The translations under genes and the position numbers were made by a program. Under the pieces are notes generated by a model, which saw nothing but the letters and a program-made list of their open reading frames with translations, made no database searches and was not told where the DNA came from. DNA of 64,000 nucleotides, taken from Bugula neritina. Taxonomy: Eukaryota; Animalia; Bryozoa. Where the stretch lies: NCBI GenBank assembly GCA_964035545.1, contig OZ037765.1:23187504-23251503 (forward strand), written 5' to 3'. Numbering within the stretch: position 1 is the first letter of the stretch; every line of letters starts with the position of its first letter. Below, piece after piece: positions 38,701 through 52,821 of the stretch.

Positions 38701-41700
38701 ATTATAAAATTAGTATATTTAAGCTATATTATGCATTTTCTATTGAAAAAATGACAAGTTTATAAATTTTACCCACTGAAAAATAAATTCAGTGGGTAAC
38801 ACATTTCAACTTTGACATAGCATAACTTTTTTATAAATATATAATATGATTATATTTTTTCCTTAAACTGTTTTAAAAAAGCTTGTCAATCTCTTGGTGT
38901 GCTGAATGTCTAATTCCTAGCAGTACAAGTTTAGATATTCCTGTTTCAGTGTTTCAACCTCACGAATTTTTTGTCCGCAACAATTGTCCGTAAATTGAGT
39001 ATGAGCACGTGAGAACGAAATTGCTAACGCTTTCTGTTTACACTCTCAAATAAAAGAGTTAAATTTTATTATTTTGTTCAAACTCATTTTTTACAACAAG
39101 AAATATATTTTTATTTTGTTTATTCATAAGTATAAAATAATTACACAATAATCTAATTCTGTTTTCATAAATAAAGTCAGCTTGAAACTTCTAGAATTTG
39201 GAGTATAGTAGCGCATCCGGTTTGTTGCCAAGAAAATAATCTGATGGCATAGCGGTTTAGTTTTCATTTATTTCGTCAGGTTAGTATTAATTGTATTTTT
39301 CCAAACTTCTCATAACTTTTTATATTTATCAAACAATTTAACTTTCAGTCAATTTTTCTCTAAGGCTTTATTCTTTTGTTTTATCAATTTTTACAATGAT
39401 AATCCCAATCATAACGATAACGAGTAACTCTTTAAATTTATCATAACATTTCTATTATTAATAATTTAAAATTAATGATAATGGGGAAATAAGAACTAAA
39501 TAACTAAGTAAATAACTTTTTAATGCATTAAGTTTAAATTGCACTTGCGTATTTAAACTTTAGTTTTGAATTGCCATAATTTATATTCAACTAAAACTTT
39601 TATTGTCGCGATCAACAACTTAAAATTCAAATTAAAATTGTAGTAGCCATTCACCATTTAATGATTCATTTTGAATTCAATAGTCAATACTGAATATTGT
39701 AAACTGCGATGTGTAAATTCAAACTGTAAGTGTAATGATATTGAACTCAATATGATATTACCAATACTAATACTATTACTATTACTTTTCTTAATAACAT
39801 AAGCATTAAGTGATTACTCTTACTCTTACTACTCTCACTCTGAGTCCTCGATCCCTGCTTATTGGCATTTTTTATAGTTTGCACTTGATAAATTTAATTT
39901 AATTAGAAATTTAAGAATAAGTTGCAATAATATTAATATGTTAATATATCTACTTAGTACATAATAGTGATTTGGATTAGCTCCTTAGGTTTAAGTTGAA
40001 TGAGTAAGTTATACTACGGACATGTACGCTACGGGTACTTAAGCAAATTAATCATTGCTAACAACTTGTCAATAGTGTAATAGCTTGTAACACTAATAGC
40101 CAATTTAAATACAACTTTATTCTGAAGGCTAGCTCTTGTTTTGCAACTATTTAGTTTCATTATCTTATTCACTAAGTTATTAATAGCCAATAATTTAGAT
40201 TATAGCTAACCCTCATTCTTCTAAGCATTAGTCTCAATAGCTTACCAAACTAAAAAACTCATATATTTTAGTTTTTATATTGTATAGAATAGTTCCATGC
40301 CTTTCAAGACCAGGCAACAGTCCACTGCTAGGAGCCATGCTTTATCAGAAAAAAGCAGTGGTCTGAAGAGCAGCAAGAGAGAAGGAAGCAACAACTGAGG
40401 AGTATGTCAACATCTGAACAAGTATAGACAAATTGAAAGCTCAGAAGAGCGATTAAAATAAAAATCATACTTGAAATATACAGCTTAATTAAGTTTAGAT
40501 AAATCTTACGATGAAGCCAGTACAATAGAAATGTAGAATAAACAATCTACTCCTACAACTAGCAAAATATTGAGAGGGCTGCAATAACATCAGCTCAAGC
40601 TTACATGGTTTCTGCAACTGCTACTTGTGAAATAATGATGAAAGTTTAAATGTGTACATCAACATTAGCAAACATTCTATAATTTGTCTTACTGTTTTTT
40701 GTAGGAGGAGATGTGAGTGTAGATAAGGTAGAAGGAAGTGTGTTAGTGAATATGTATTTCATGGTTTGTTGACAATATTTTATGTTTTGTGCATGCATTT
40801 TGTTTGTGTGAATGTCTTGTACTCGATATAATAGGACTACTGGTGAACTGTCAATTTATACAAAAAAGTAACAAGCTATTAGCCTACCTCATAGGTGGTT
40901 TGGAAAGGCACCTGCTATATGCATATGCTGTCAATTTTAAAAGTTTAGTCTGTAGAAAATTATTTTCCAAAATAAAGTCATTCTGTTTAAAACCAATCAT
41001 AAAACTTTTGTCTCTTTATGCTGCAATATTTTTAATAAATTTTTTTTGGGTGTTGACTTTTTAGAGCCAAAGGTATAAATGTGTCTATCACAGACAAAAA
41101 CTAGTATTATTTTTGAATTCAGAGCCCTTATATTAGTCTAAAACCATGTTTTGCTTATTAAAATATAAACATTTATATTTCACCATTTTTTTGGACTGCG
41201 GACTTTTGAGAGGTTAAAGGTCAAGTTTAAGCACCTATAGCAAAAAAATAATTTCATATTTGAATTCAGCACCTAATAATTACCCATATCACAAAGTTTG
41301 AGCTTTCTACTACAAGTTTTATTTTTTGATAATTTTTTTCTGTGTGTACTAAATATTTTGAGATGGGCCATATATGCTGTGTTAAATGTTATTATAAGAA
41401 TTAGTTGTGACAATGTAAAAACTAATTGATTACTAAATAGACATAATGTTTAAAAGTAATTGCCTTTACAGCAATCAATATTTGCAATCAGAAGCCAGCT
41501 AAAATGTTTGCTATAACTTGCAAGTGTTTGTTCATTTTTATTTATCAATAAAGAAAGAATTTTACCAATGTATTAGTTCAGTTGATGAGCTTGTCTAGCT
41601 GAAAGCCGTGGTGCTCTGTATATACCTTGTGTGTGTGTTTAGAATGAGCAGATACATGAGTCACTGCTTTACCTCGCCTGTTTCCTCTCTTCTGACCAAA

Positions 41701-44700
41701 TTACATCCATCTCTACGGATGCTGAGAAGAAACTCTGTGACTTACCATCCATTAACAACACTAGTAATTCCAACACTTCGTGCTCCAACTTAGTTCTCTG
41801 TCTGAGTCGATGGGGGAAGATAAGTAAAGTCTTGGAACTGTTGAATGATTGGTCGGCATCTTTAAATTCTCGAGTAACTCGTAGGGTAAGAATCATTAAA
41901 ACTTCTGAAATTATTTTCTGAGCGTCCTTGTTGCTTTATATTTATATTTTCTTATTGTGATTATTACTTCATGTAGAGCTCCAGAAGTGGTTGCAAGGTT
42001 GAGAGGTTTCTACAGTGTCTGGTGCAAGTGGCAAATGAACTTTTCAAGTTGCCAAATTTCTTGCAACTTGTCAATGAACCTGCGGACCGTAGACTTTTTG
42101 AAAGTCTGAAGCAAAGGCTTGTCAATGTTCAGGTGAGTACCATAATATTATCTTGAATATGTGACATAGTGTCGTGTGCCTGTAACTCTAATACGCTTTA
42201 ATTTTCTTCACAAATATATGCTAATTGTAAATCTTCAGTTGTGGATTATACAATGTTGAGATTGATCTACCTTTCCTCACCAACAAACTTAGAAAACTTG
42301 TTGGATGTTTGTTATGGTTACTGCTACAAGCATTTTTAATTTCCTTGTTTCCAATTATACACATAAACCTTACAATTTATTTTACTAAATACGGATATAG
42401 TTGAGGAATAAATAGAAGACATCTCTGAGGAAATTTTACTATAAAATTAATTTGGTTTGATATACAAATCTGAAGATGTATTTGTGCTGTAGCCAAGACA
42501 TTTCTGAAGGTTATAATGTTACATAAATGTGATCAGACAGAATAGCATTAATCTGTTTAACATAATGTCAATATAATATTGCTGTGTGTTGGTTCTCATG
42601 TATTCACTCATTTAAAAGAGATAATTGTTTATTTATAGTTTGTGGTGTTTTGTAGAAAATTTGTGTGGATTGTTTTAAAGCCAGGGACCTTTTAGACTGG
42701 GACGTAGACTTGCTAATCTCTTTATTCACAGTGTATAACAAACTCACCATCACATATTACTTGGTATGATTAATATATTATTAATGGTTTGCAATTGTAG
42801 CTTTTCTTTCATCTTTATTTAGATAATTGTAGACATGTCAGTTTATATGCAAAGCCTATACTTTTCAGAACAAAGAGGAGCATTTGAGAGATCATATAAA
42901 GGATTTGTGTTCTCTTGTAAATTCTCACTGTATTCCAATTCTCAGAACTGAAGTGAATGGCAATAGCTTTGTTGCACCACACCTGTGAGTAGCATTGCAT
43001 TTTACTTCATGCTACTTCAGTATTTTGTTGTGGGCTTGTAATATGCTCACTATAAGTTGCAAGCATTTATCTCACGTCTAATGTGTTGAGCCTGGTGGCA
43101 CACCATTTACTTATAGCATTATATATATGTTTTTTATCAGTGAAGCTAAAAAGCCAAGAAGATTGTTAGACCTCCAGGAAACGGTACTCCAGCAAAGTGT
43201 CAACAGCAATTCAACTCTAACTGGTGGTGATAATGACTCTACCAAACAACTCGCTGTCAAGTTTTCCCTCGCTGTGTTTGCTGCTGCCTCAAGCTACCTC
43301 TCTGTCAGCCCTTCAGTTGACTTTTCTTCCATTAAAACTGTCACTAGTCTCTTCAAACAGTCTGATGTTTTGTGTGCAGCAGGTCAGTATAAAAATCAGT
43401 AGACTAAGAGAAATTACTTTTAATCAAGACACTGCTACTCCTTCAGATCTAACTGTTGTATGGCTTATGATTTACTGTAGCAACTGTGCCAATGTGCCTT
43501 ATCAATCTTTTTTTGAAAAGTTTTCTATTGCTATATGCTGTATTTCTTCTAGTTATTATCTGATTGTTCTCAGTGCTGGTAATTTGTCATCAATAAAATC
43601 ATTTTAACATCTAATGTTCTGCGCTGTTAGATACTGGGATGAAAGAGGCTCTGTTGGAGATGCTTTCACTTGTCACTAAAGCTACCTTATCCCTCAGTGT
43701 TCCCACTGAAACTGAAGCAGAAAGAACTCTTCTTCAATGCTGGTCATCACTTCTCAGGGCCGCAATAGCAGATCTCCATTCCCAGCCTCTTACAGGGAAG
43801 GTAGGCTTACCTCTGCAACATATTTCTTCTTTATGCTATGGATCTCAGCTATACAGCTGCACTTATTGTGTATCTGCACTAGTTCCCAGCACATGAGTTT
43901 GGTGCTATATTTATATTTTAAGAGGTTCAAAACACAATGTTGATTAGAATTAGTAAGTTTTCAACTTCTTCTTAATAGCGTTAACATTGCTGGGTACCAA
44001 ATGACCAATTTTAGTAGCATTACATTTTATTGACTGTTCAAATTTATTCATTGCATGTTTACTCAAAACAAGGTTACTTTCATTAACTGAAACAATTTTA
44101 ATAAAGAACTCATTTCTACAAAAAAAATTTATCAAGTTCAAATTTGAAAATAACTGAGACAAATCTTATGGACCGATAAAATCTCTAGCAGACAGCATAC
44201 TTAGTTACTTGTGGCTGAATTGTGCTCATGTGTTGTGTGTCATGTAGCTTGCAAATAGCTGATTAATCATCTGTCATGGCTGCACAATATTCAAGAGTCT
44301 TGGGCTTATTCTACATTTGACTATAATACTCGTATTTTACTTATTTTCAGAGTAAGTCTTGTTGGATATCAACACTACAGTGCATGGAGCTCCTTCCTGA
44401 TCAAATACAGCAACCATTATCTGACATGATCTCAAATTGCCTACTTTTATTACTCAACCCTGGTGTTGATACTACTCCAACCGTTTCCAATGTTGAACTG
44501 ACAGTCAAATGTTCCACGCGTTTGCAACGGTGAGTTTTAGTTAATATTTTTTAAAATCATTTTTTAAATTCAGTTTTTACACCTCTTTTCATTATGCACT
44601 TCTGTATGTTTATTGTAATTATATGTCTAGGTTCATCATCCATACATGGAAAACCCCATCTAGTGATGGGGATTGTAACTCCGAGGACAGTACGGATCAT

Positions 44701-44751
44701 GGCAACTTTCAGGCAGTCAAAAGGCTGTTGGAGTTTGCTGAAAAGATTTAA
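32735..44751 (+). CDS. NCAPG2: Condensin-2 complex subunit G2 (HEAT-repeat protein), 23 exons
   Basis: Exons 32735-32827, 32950-33120, 33211-33316, 33490-33647, 33755-33877, 33986-34080, 34217-34289, 34541-34633, 34839-35057 (LYKPILWRAICAANADVRANAAQLFFDCFP), 35626-35805 (DLLED..VR..GVC; LAWDQSSPDIR), 35932-36084 (LHDKSDKVRLAFVRLLLKIK), 36333-36555, 36900-37138, 37327-37443, 38443-38520, 41643-41885 (LCLSRWGKISKVLELLNDW), 41977-42132, 42656-42763, 42869-42984, 43141-43382, 43631-43800, 44351-44529, 44631-44751 (TAA). Phases are consistent; AATAAA at about 44945. Confidence 0.93.
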
Positions 44752-45310
44752 AGTTGTTGCATTTGTTTTTTAGAAATTCAATTTTTATTTAACTAAGTTT
44801 ATAACTGATGCTATTTTTTGTAAAATTAGCAAACTCTATATTATAAATTGAGTCAGTAAAAGCAATATGTTTGCATTTTATTAAAATGACTATTTTATAG
44901 ATTCACTGCACTCCGTCTTATATTATTTTTTGGTTCAGGTTTACAATAAATAAAAAGTGTAATTGATAGTAAAGCAAATATTCCAGTACAAGTGCTTTGT
45001 TACATTTCACTAACAGTCTGTGTGCTACGCTAAAGCAATTAATTTTTGTAGATGCTTACCATTGTAAGCTTGCTTAGTCTGTGTTATCTACGAAATAGAT
45101 ATTTGAAACTGACAAGATGACCAAGCCTAGTTGTTATAGTCTGCAATTATACACCATATGATGTAATTACAGATAGTATGTAATATTATAACATGAAGTC
45201 ATCACATAGTAACAGTTACATGGCATTATGACATTGAAATAAATGTTCATTTGATCAGTAATTTTCTAATCATGTCAATATATCAAAAATTGAAAACATG
45301 CATTGAAGTT

Positions 45311-48300
45311 TCAAGCTCTGTTTAGTACAGCAATTAAAATCACAGCAATAATAAGTAGAATAACAATAACTGTCCCAATGACAATAATCAACCTGTGAAT
45401 GATGGAGCATTTCTTAAGAATTCTGTTACAAAATTGAGCTTCTCCATTTTCAGCAGAATTAATGGCATCAAGTATATTTGGTGTGCTACTGGCTGCAACT
45501 ATTGTTTCATCGGTTCTGTACGCTGAGACATATGGCGTAGCACTCTCTGTCCGGTGGTGTGTAATATTAGCATGGCAGAACTTGACTTGATATTCCCTAG
45601 ACTGAGTTACAGTCATCAGCTCTTCCGCACGCATGTATAAGTTAGTAGCTGTGACTTCATCTGGCTCACTCCATTTGTACCTACTTATTAGTCCCTGGTG
45701 TGCCAGGGTACTGCAATAGTTACATACTATAGTGTTGAAGTTCTCCACTATGGCACAGAAGCTAACCAGTGCCTCTGGTGTCAAGTTGCTGTATGGTGAA
45801 TCATCATCTACATTTCCAGACGGTGCCCGTTGCTTCAATTGACTCCATATACTTCCTGCAGTCTTACCTTCAAGTAGGATGATTCATCACTACTTACATT
45901 ATATCAATGTACCTAAGTAGATGTTACATATTACATTAATTGTAAATATTATGTTTCATATTGGCTTGTATACATAAATAATTTCAAATCATAATATATA
46001 CTCAACACACTGCTTACTTTTTCCTTTATTTAATGCAAATGTTTTTTAAATAGCACATGTGTGTAATTCATCTCCCAAAGAAAAATTATTTAGATGTTAA
46101 CTGATTTGAAAAGACGTAATTTGGCTGGAAAAGTCTATAATCTATTCAAAATGGTTATTTAATAGTGATGAAAATAGGCACACATGTGTGTACAAAATAT
46201 TAGTTTATATTATGCTTTCTATACACGCAGTATGCGTCATTATTTTTATACCTGCTGATGATATTTGCTGCTCTATTCTTGCCAACTTGTCTTTGCTAGT
46301 CACATGACCACCACAAACCTGATCACACAGCTCAGCTACTGTTTCTATGTTTTGTTTAAGTATAGCCAAATCCTCTTCATGCTTCTCTAAACTTTCCTTC
46401 CAATGAATATAGTAACAATATGTTGTTGACCATGATACATTTATAATGAATTCTATATACAGACTATACTAAGCAGTCTATGCTATGTGTTGTCAACACC
46501 ATATATTGGTATAACTATATACAGGTCTATACTGGACAGTCTATACTATACTTTAATTTATACTTGTTATTGCAATAACTTTGTTTTGTGATGGTAAGGC
46601 TAATTGATTCCATAAATATTTTTTTTTACGGCAAAATGTAAGAACCCATCATATTCAGAGATGAGACCGAATAATATCATTTAGTGTCACCTTTAACCTC
46701 CTTTTTTGTGGAGCTGCAAAAAGTCAGTACATTTTGCAAAATGTTATTACATTGAAAAACCACTTTACTTTTCAAAAAAATTGGTCTATGATTCAAAATA
46801 TTGTATGTAGCAAAATTATCTGACACAAAGTTATAACAAATAACAAATGAGTGAATTTTTTTTAATTTTTCTCATTTGTTCATCAATTTCTGCTTACATC
46901 CGATATTACAATAATATAGTTCTATTAATTTAAATAGTTTTATTATATTAGAAAAAAAGTTCCCAATATTACTACTATAATATGTATCAATTTCCTGAAT
47001 TTTTTGCCTTCTAATCAATCATATTATTTCTTATATTTTGTTACATACATTTATATTATTATAGAGTCGAAAGTAAGACAAATAGTATGGTACATGATGA
47101 ATTTTATATGTGTATATCTAACATGCAATTTATTAATAAGACATTTATTTTATTCAGAGAACGAAACTAGATATGCAAGTTTCATAGATTAATTTAGGGA
47201 CTTTTTTGGGGCTTTCATTACTTTCATGGCCTACATCTATGCAAAAATGTATTTTACCATGGCAAATACAAATCAGTAAACATTATTACTATATAACTTC
47301 TTCTTTACAAAGTCACTCTAAAAGGCTACAATTGCAGAAATTAAATTTAAGCAGAGACCTTGTTGGATTTAAATAGTTTGGGATTTCCAAAAAGTAGTAT
47401 TCATGTGTAGATACACAAGCACATGGTTTTAAACTTTTGTTTCACACAAGAAAGTCCAGTACAAACGAATTCAGTAAATTGCTTTTCAAACTATAATTTC
47501 CTTTTAGCAATTTTATAAAAGTCTAAGCTTTACCTGCGAATTGAGCTACTTTACCTGGTAAAAGAAATTTTGTGCACTTTGTTTTAAAAGTCGGCTGCTG
47601 CCTTTGTCCAAAGGTAAGTTTAACACTCTTCTGCTTACAGTTGCACAGGAGCCATTTTCAGCATGTCTCCCAATCTGACGGATTTCGGGTAAGCTTTGTT
47701 GACGATCTATTAACTCATACAAAACAAGGTAAGCTGCAGGAGCAGTTTGTACAAAAATACATTAACTTACACAATGCTAGTTTTTACAAACTTTTTACAT
47801 GCAATGTATAGCATAATGTTCTACATAATTACAACATAAAGATGTTACAAAAAACTTAACAAACTCAGCTCAGTTGCTCAATGATTTTGGATATAATAAT
47901 CAATTACCAGTGCAATATTCTTTAATTTTGTTCACATAATGTTCAAAGGGTTCTAAACATTTCTATTTACTATGTTTCGATGAGCTTTAAGACTAAGAGC
48001 AATAATTTGTGTAAAATATTATAGACACTATAGATTGTAGGCTTCGCTTACCATATTTTGATTCTACGGAGCTACAATAATTAACACGATCCATAATGCC
48101 ACATGTGCATGATGTGTCTCATACATTTATATAATAACCCAGCATGAGTATCACAAATAATAGCCATTATTTGTAGGATATTGAATTAGGGTGTAAACTG
48201 TTTCTTTAAATGTCTCAATGGTACAGAGGTTAAATATATAATCAGATGTATGCATATGTTAATGAACTGCTGAACTGGTCATTTGATTCTTATCACAATG

Positions 48301-48450
48301 TGTATTTTAATATGCTCAATGCAAATGAAGAGTTAGCTGACATCTAACTAGATGCTAAACTTATACTTACTTGCCCGAGAGAATCCAGTAGCGTAACTCG
48401 AGCTCTTGTGAAAATGGCGCATTTTAGACGTAGTATTTGCTGAATATACT
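45311..48450 (-). CDS. Uncharacterised gene, possibly lineage-specific or decaying, with a C-terminal transmembrane segment
   Basis: Terminal open frame 45311 to about 45880 ending in LIIVIGTVIVILLIIAVILIAVLNRA*; upstream exon 46252 to 46387 or 46452 (KHEEDLAILKQNIETVAELCDQVC..SSAG|gtataa); exon-like segments with donors at about 47534-47706 and 48371-48448. The 5' structure could not be resolved and no homology was recognised. Confidence 0.45.
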
Positions 48451-49660
48451 GAATTTATTACAATAAATTAGCACATCAACGTGTATTAATAATTTAGCAA
48501 AGAAAATAATAAGTTGCAGTACGTGGTACTTGCTGTAAATGCTAGTCGGCTAGATTAGCATAGCCTGCCATTGGCTGTAGTACCACTGACAGCAAACTGA
48601 GTACATGCATACAAGTGAATATACCTGCAGTGCTACTAATGATGTTATCAGTGAGGACATCCTGCTATTAGAACATCTACATTGCAGTGATGACTGTTCA
48701 CTGTAGTAAATGACTTCATAGCTTTGGTATTCAATTCAGAAACATATTATTTGTGTGCACAGCTCATGTAAATATGCGATGCATCAATGTTTTCAAATAT
48801 TTTTTATTAAGTTACAAAGTTGGTTTTTTTTAAATTCATAAGTTAATATGTAAAAAGAAACAGAGCACATGGCCTTCTGTTCGTATAAACTTATATTGTT
48901 CAACAGCCTTCAATAATATTAACTTGGTTTCCAACCTGTTGTTGGTAACTGATTTTGCATTATTATGATTGAAAAAAGTTCTTTTGTAAACTGCTAACAA
49001 TATAAGTACAAAAGCTGAGTTGCTAATTGAGGTATCGAGTTTATGCATTAAGAGTAAAGTTTGTAATTGCTGCTACATGGACTGAGTGAGATACTTTAAA
49101 GTTTACATAGCCTAAAAATATAATATTTACAGATATCAATGCAAGTTTTATCATTAGTGTTAACTATCGCTAGTATTCACCAACTGCTATATCATACTAT
49201 GGAGCTTTTTGCAACTAGATACATATATACTTAGCATTGTTGCATCATATAACAAATTGCCTAAGTACTATAAACATAGTTTTATAGAAAAAAATTGAAG
49301 AAACTGACTAGGTTTTTGTTATAGATACCAACTACAGAACTCTTTTTGAGAGTCAAATACTTATCAGTACACAGTAGAGATCCAAAATTTTGAAAAATCT
49401 ACTTTGAAATGATAAATTAGTTATGATATAAACTCATCCATGTTTACAAAAAGTCCGAATACATCTTTAATTTGCACGCTATCATGATATGGAATTTACT
49501 GTCGACATAAAATAAATGAAGATTATTGGGTAATTTTGCTTAGAATTATGTCACAATGATGTGGGGATTTGCTTGCAACTTAAGAAGGCAGAATATAACT
49601 ACAATTAAAGTTGTTTGGAAATTCTTGCATAGTAGGAAGATTTTACTCATGCATCTAGAT

Positions 49661-49986
49661 CAGGGCTGTCCAACTTTTTCAGAGCAAGGGTCACTGAAAG
49701 GGAATATTCTATGGCGAGGGCCACATTGTAAACTTTAGTTTGAGCTGGGGAGGGGGGCCACAGCATCAGTATTTTTTAAATTACTTTATTCAAAATTCTT
49801 ATAAATCATTACACAATAAAGTCTTAATAGCTAATGCAGGCTGCATGTTTTGTAGCATGTGTATAAATAAGACATTTAAAAGGTGGTTTTTCACTCTAAT
49901 TCATGAATACTGTGAAAAATAATTTTAATTTGGCACCTTTGGGAGCCACATAAATATAGGCTAGGGGCCACTGTTGGACAGCCTTG
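49661..49986. mobile_element. Non-autonomous hAT (Charlie/Buster-like) MITE
   Basis: TIRs cagggctgtccaac / gttggacagccttg; 8-bp target duplication atctagat / acctagat fits the NTCTAGAN target; internal GGGCC motifs. Confidence 0.9.
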
Positions 49987-50481
49987 ACCTAGATAGATTG
50001 TATAATTAGTGTACAATCAATACTTATTTATAGTCCAATAAGACCAAAGGTGTAAAAATAGAAAACTCACAAAAAAGTTGAGTTGAGGTTTTTAATTTTA
50101 ATATTTTATTTTTTTTGTGTTTTAAGGCTATGAGGTGAAGTTTACATCATTGTGAAAAATAAGAAGGTGTTAAAGTTGGCTTACAAGCAAACTGGGAATA
50201 GTACTCGACAAATTGAGCTAATAATAGTTATTAGCTCACAACCAACTAGAAACGTCTAACTTCACTATTAAAACCAAACACTGTGTTTCTAGTAAAAATG
50301 TTTTCAAACAACTTTATTATAATAAGACACAATTACAAATTCAACTGAATATATACATTTATCTAACATGCATGTAGAAAAGCAAACTATATTTTATACG
50401 ATATACCATAATTATGAAATTTAAATAAGCAACCACTTGTTTGCGTTAATTTCCTAGTTATTTTTAAATAAATTACTGTTA

Positions 50482-52134
50482 TTATTGTGTTTTCTTTATA
50501 GCCAGTCTTTTCTCCAAGAAATTCTGATAGATTTTTCGTTGTTCTGGTTGAGTGGGTAGAAAATGTCCCCCAGGATGATGAAGAACTACAGGATCATTAA
50601 AGCACTCTATCAATTCATTTCCCATTTCTACAAAACAATGGAATTTCCATTGCAAATGAATAAAATGTAAATTTTTTGTGAAAAAAGCCATCATAAAATA
50701 TCTGTGGGTCTGCAGGTTAGCATTTCAGATTTTCAAAAGCTGTATGAGTTTCATAACATCATTAAGCGTGTTTTATAACAAATCTTTATTATTTCTTGCT
50801 CCATTGGCACACTATTCCCTTGCTGATGAGGGTTGTATGTTTAAAGCTAATGAAATATGATAAGTGGTATATTTTCACTGATATTTGAATCATTGCTATG
50901 CCCATCTTTAGAGTAAAAACTGTTGGCAAAAATAAAAAAACATATACTGTACGCAAGTGCACCTGTTTGTATTATTAGCACAGAGAATAGAATGCACTAC
51001 TTAGTACTTACCTAGTGGAATAACTTCATCACCTTCACCAATACAGAGCAGTGCAGGTACCAAGCTCACGTGATCAGGGCTATAGTATTTAGCATGGGGA
51101 GAGCACCTACTTCTGAAGGCAGCAAATAACATAACAAACCCTAAATCCAGGTCTAGCTCTAAAATATATATCGCAGAGCATCAACTATGCACCAAATATT
51201 GCAAGTAAAATGAAAGGGTGCAAATAACATTTTATAACAATATTTGAGAAAAAACTAAAAATGGTTGCAATAAGAAATATGTTGTCTTACCGCCACACTT
51301 TTTCATAGCACAGAGTAATGACAAAAAGCATGCTCCTTGGCTAAATGCCAAAACACCATCAAATGGACCCTAAAAATTCAAAAAATTATCATACGTTATA
51401 ACACTATATAAAGCAGCTGATGCATAAAATTATATTTTAACTTCTCAACGAGTTTATTGTACATCATGATATTATTATGACAGCTAGCAAACAAATGGTA
51501 GACTATGGGCTCACCTGTTCACGAACAAACTTGCAAACATGCTCTACAGACTGAGAAAAACCCTTATCAATATCTGAGTATTCTACAGCTCTATAATAGT
51601 TGTCTTCTCTTGAGAACCACCAGCCTAGGCATTGATCATTATCCTCTCCTCCTCCTTGCTCTGCACATACCTTATGAGGTGCATCTAAAAACACTGTAAA
51701 AATAATGTATATAATGTATTAATAGATATTTAAAAATCAGTTTGATAACAAAGGTTGCAATATTTGCTTTGCAACCAAACCAAATTTTGATATCACTTTT
51801 CTAAATAACAGCTAATCAGGAATATTAGTAGATCTGAAAAGATACACTATAAAATGTATGTATAACTAGTATACCGAAATCTGCAAACTTCTTCAGTGAT
51901 TTTCTAAAAGACCCAGTCTTTTCTCTAAATCCTTGTGCACTTTGTCTAAAAAAGCAAACAAAGAGACTTTCTTAACACGCCAATTACTTTTTTAATTTTT
52001 TCACAATTTATTATTTATATACAATCTACCAATTCTTTTTCTCTAAGATACAATTGTTCTATTATTTATGCACATATAACTTATAGTAATCAAAATGATA
52101 TTGTTACTAACCTGTATCCATGGAGACATAAAAT
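50482..52134 (-). CDS. OVCA2: OVCA2/FSH1-family serine hydrolase, distal body (exons 2-7); no convincing first exon of its own
   Basis: Exons 52112-52134 (ILCLHGYR), 51875-51945 (QSAQGFREKTGSFRK), 51515-51693 (DAPH..GWWFS), 51291-51369 (GPFDGVLAFSQGA), 51012-51158 (GEGDEVIP), 50482-50627 (HPGGHFLP..TAA); Ser-Asp-His triad intact. Confidence 0.92.
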
Positions 52135-52821
52135 CTACAAAAAAAAAGAAATGAAGTGTTCATTATCAACATAACAGCAAATAAATATCATAATGCTGAC
52201 TCAATTTTAATTCTTATAGTCAAATTTATCCTTTACATTCGATGATCTACAATTTCAAACCAATTATTTTCAGCATTTTTATGTAAAATGAGTAAAATAG
52301 TGTTTTTATTTTAATACCAAAATCAGAACAGCATATTTTAAAAACCTACAACCAGAAATAAAAATTCAATCAAAGCCAAAAAATTGTGGTTTTGCTAGCA
52401 ACAAAAATAAAAAAATTAATGGGCTAATATACTATGATCTTTGTCAAACACCCACTCCAATTGAGAGCAGTGAGCTGCAGATACTAAAAAGATCTTATCA
52501 TTTTATTAGTGAAGTACAGCTTCTAGAACACATTTCGCCAAGAAATGCAAAGTCAAGATTTTCAATAAAAGGCAGATTAGGTAATGAATAATGTACTTTA
52601 TTGAAAAATTAATCATACATCTGACCAGCATGTCATAAATCACAGCATAATTCGGTAAAGTGATTTCTCATCATCATTGATTTGTACTAGACATTTAAAG
52701 CATGTATGTAAATTTCCTAGAAAAACTTTAACAAAACATAATAATGAAAAAATATAGAAACTCTGAATTTTGAAAATAGAAAATTATAGCATCCTATTTC
52801 TGTGATACAGCAGTACATATG

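Noticed and set aside
52619-52636. Possible private start exon for distal OVCA2 (ATG ACA TGC TGG TCA GAT|gtatga)
   Set aside because: It lies in the probable 3' UTR of the proximal body, upstream of its poly(A) signal, and does not resemble the family N-terminus. Not formally excluded.
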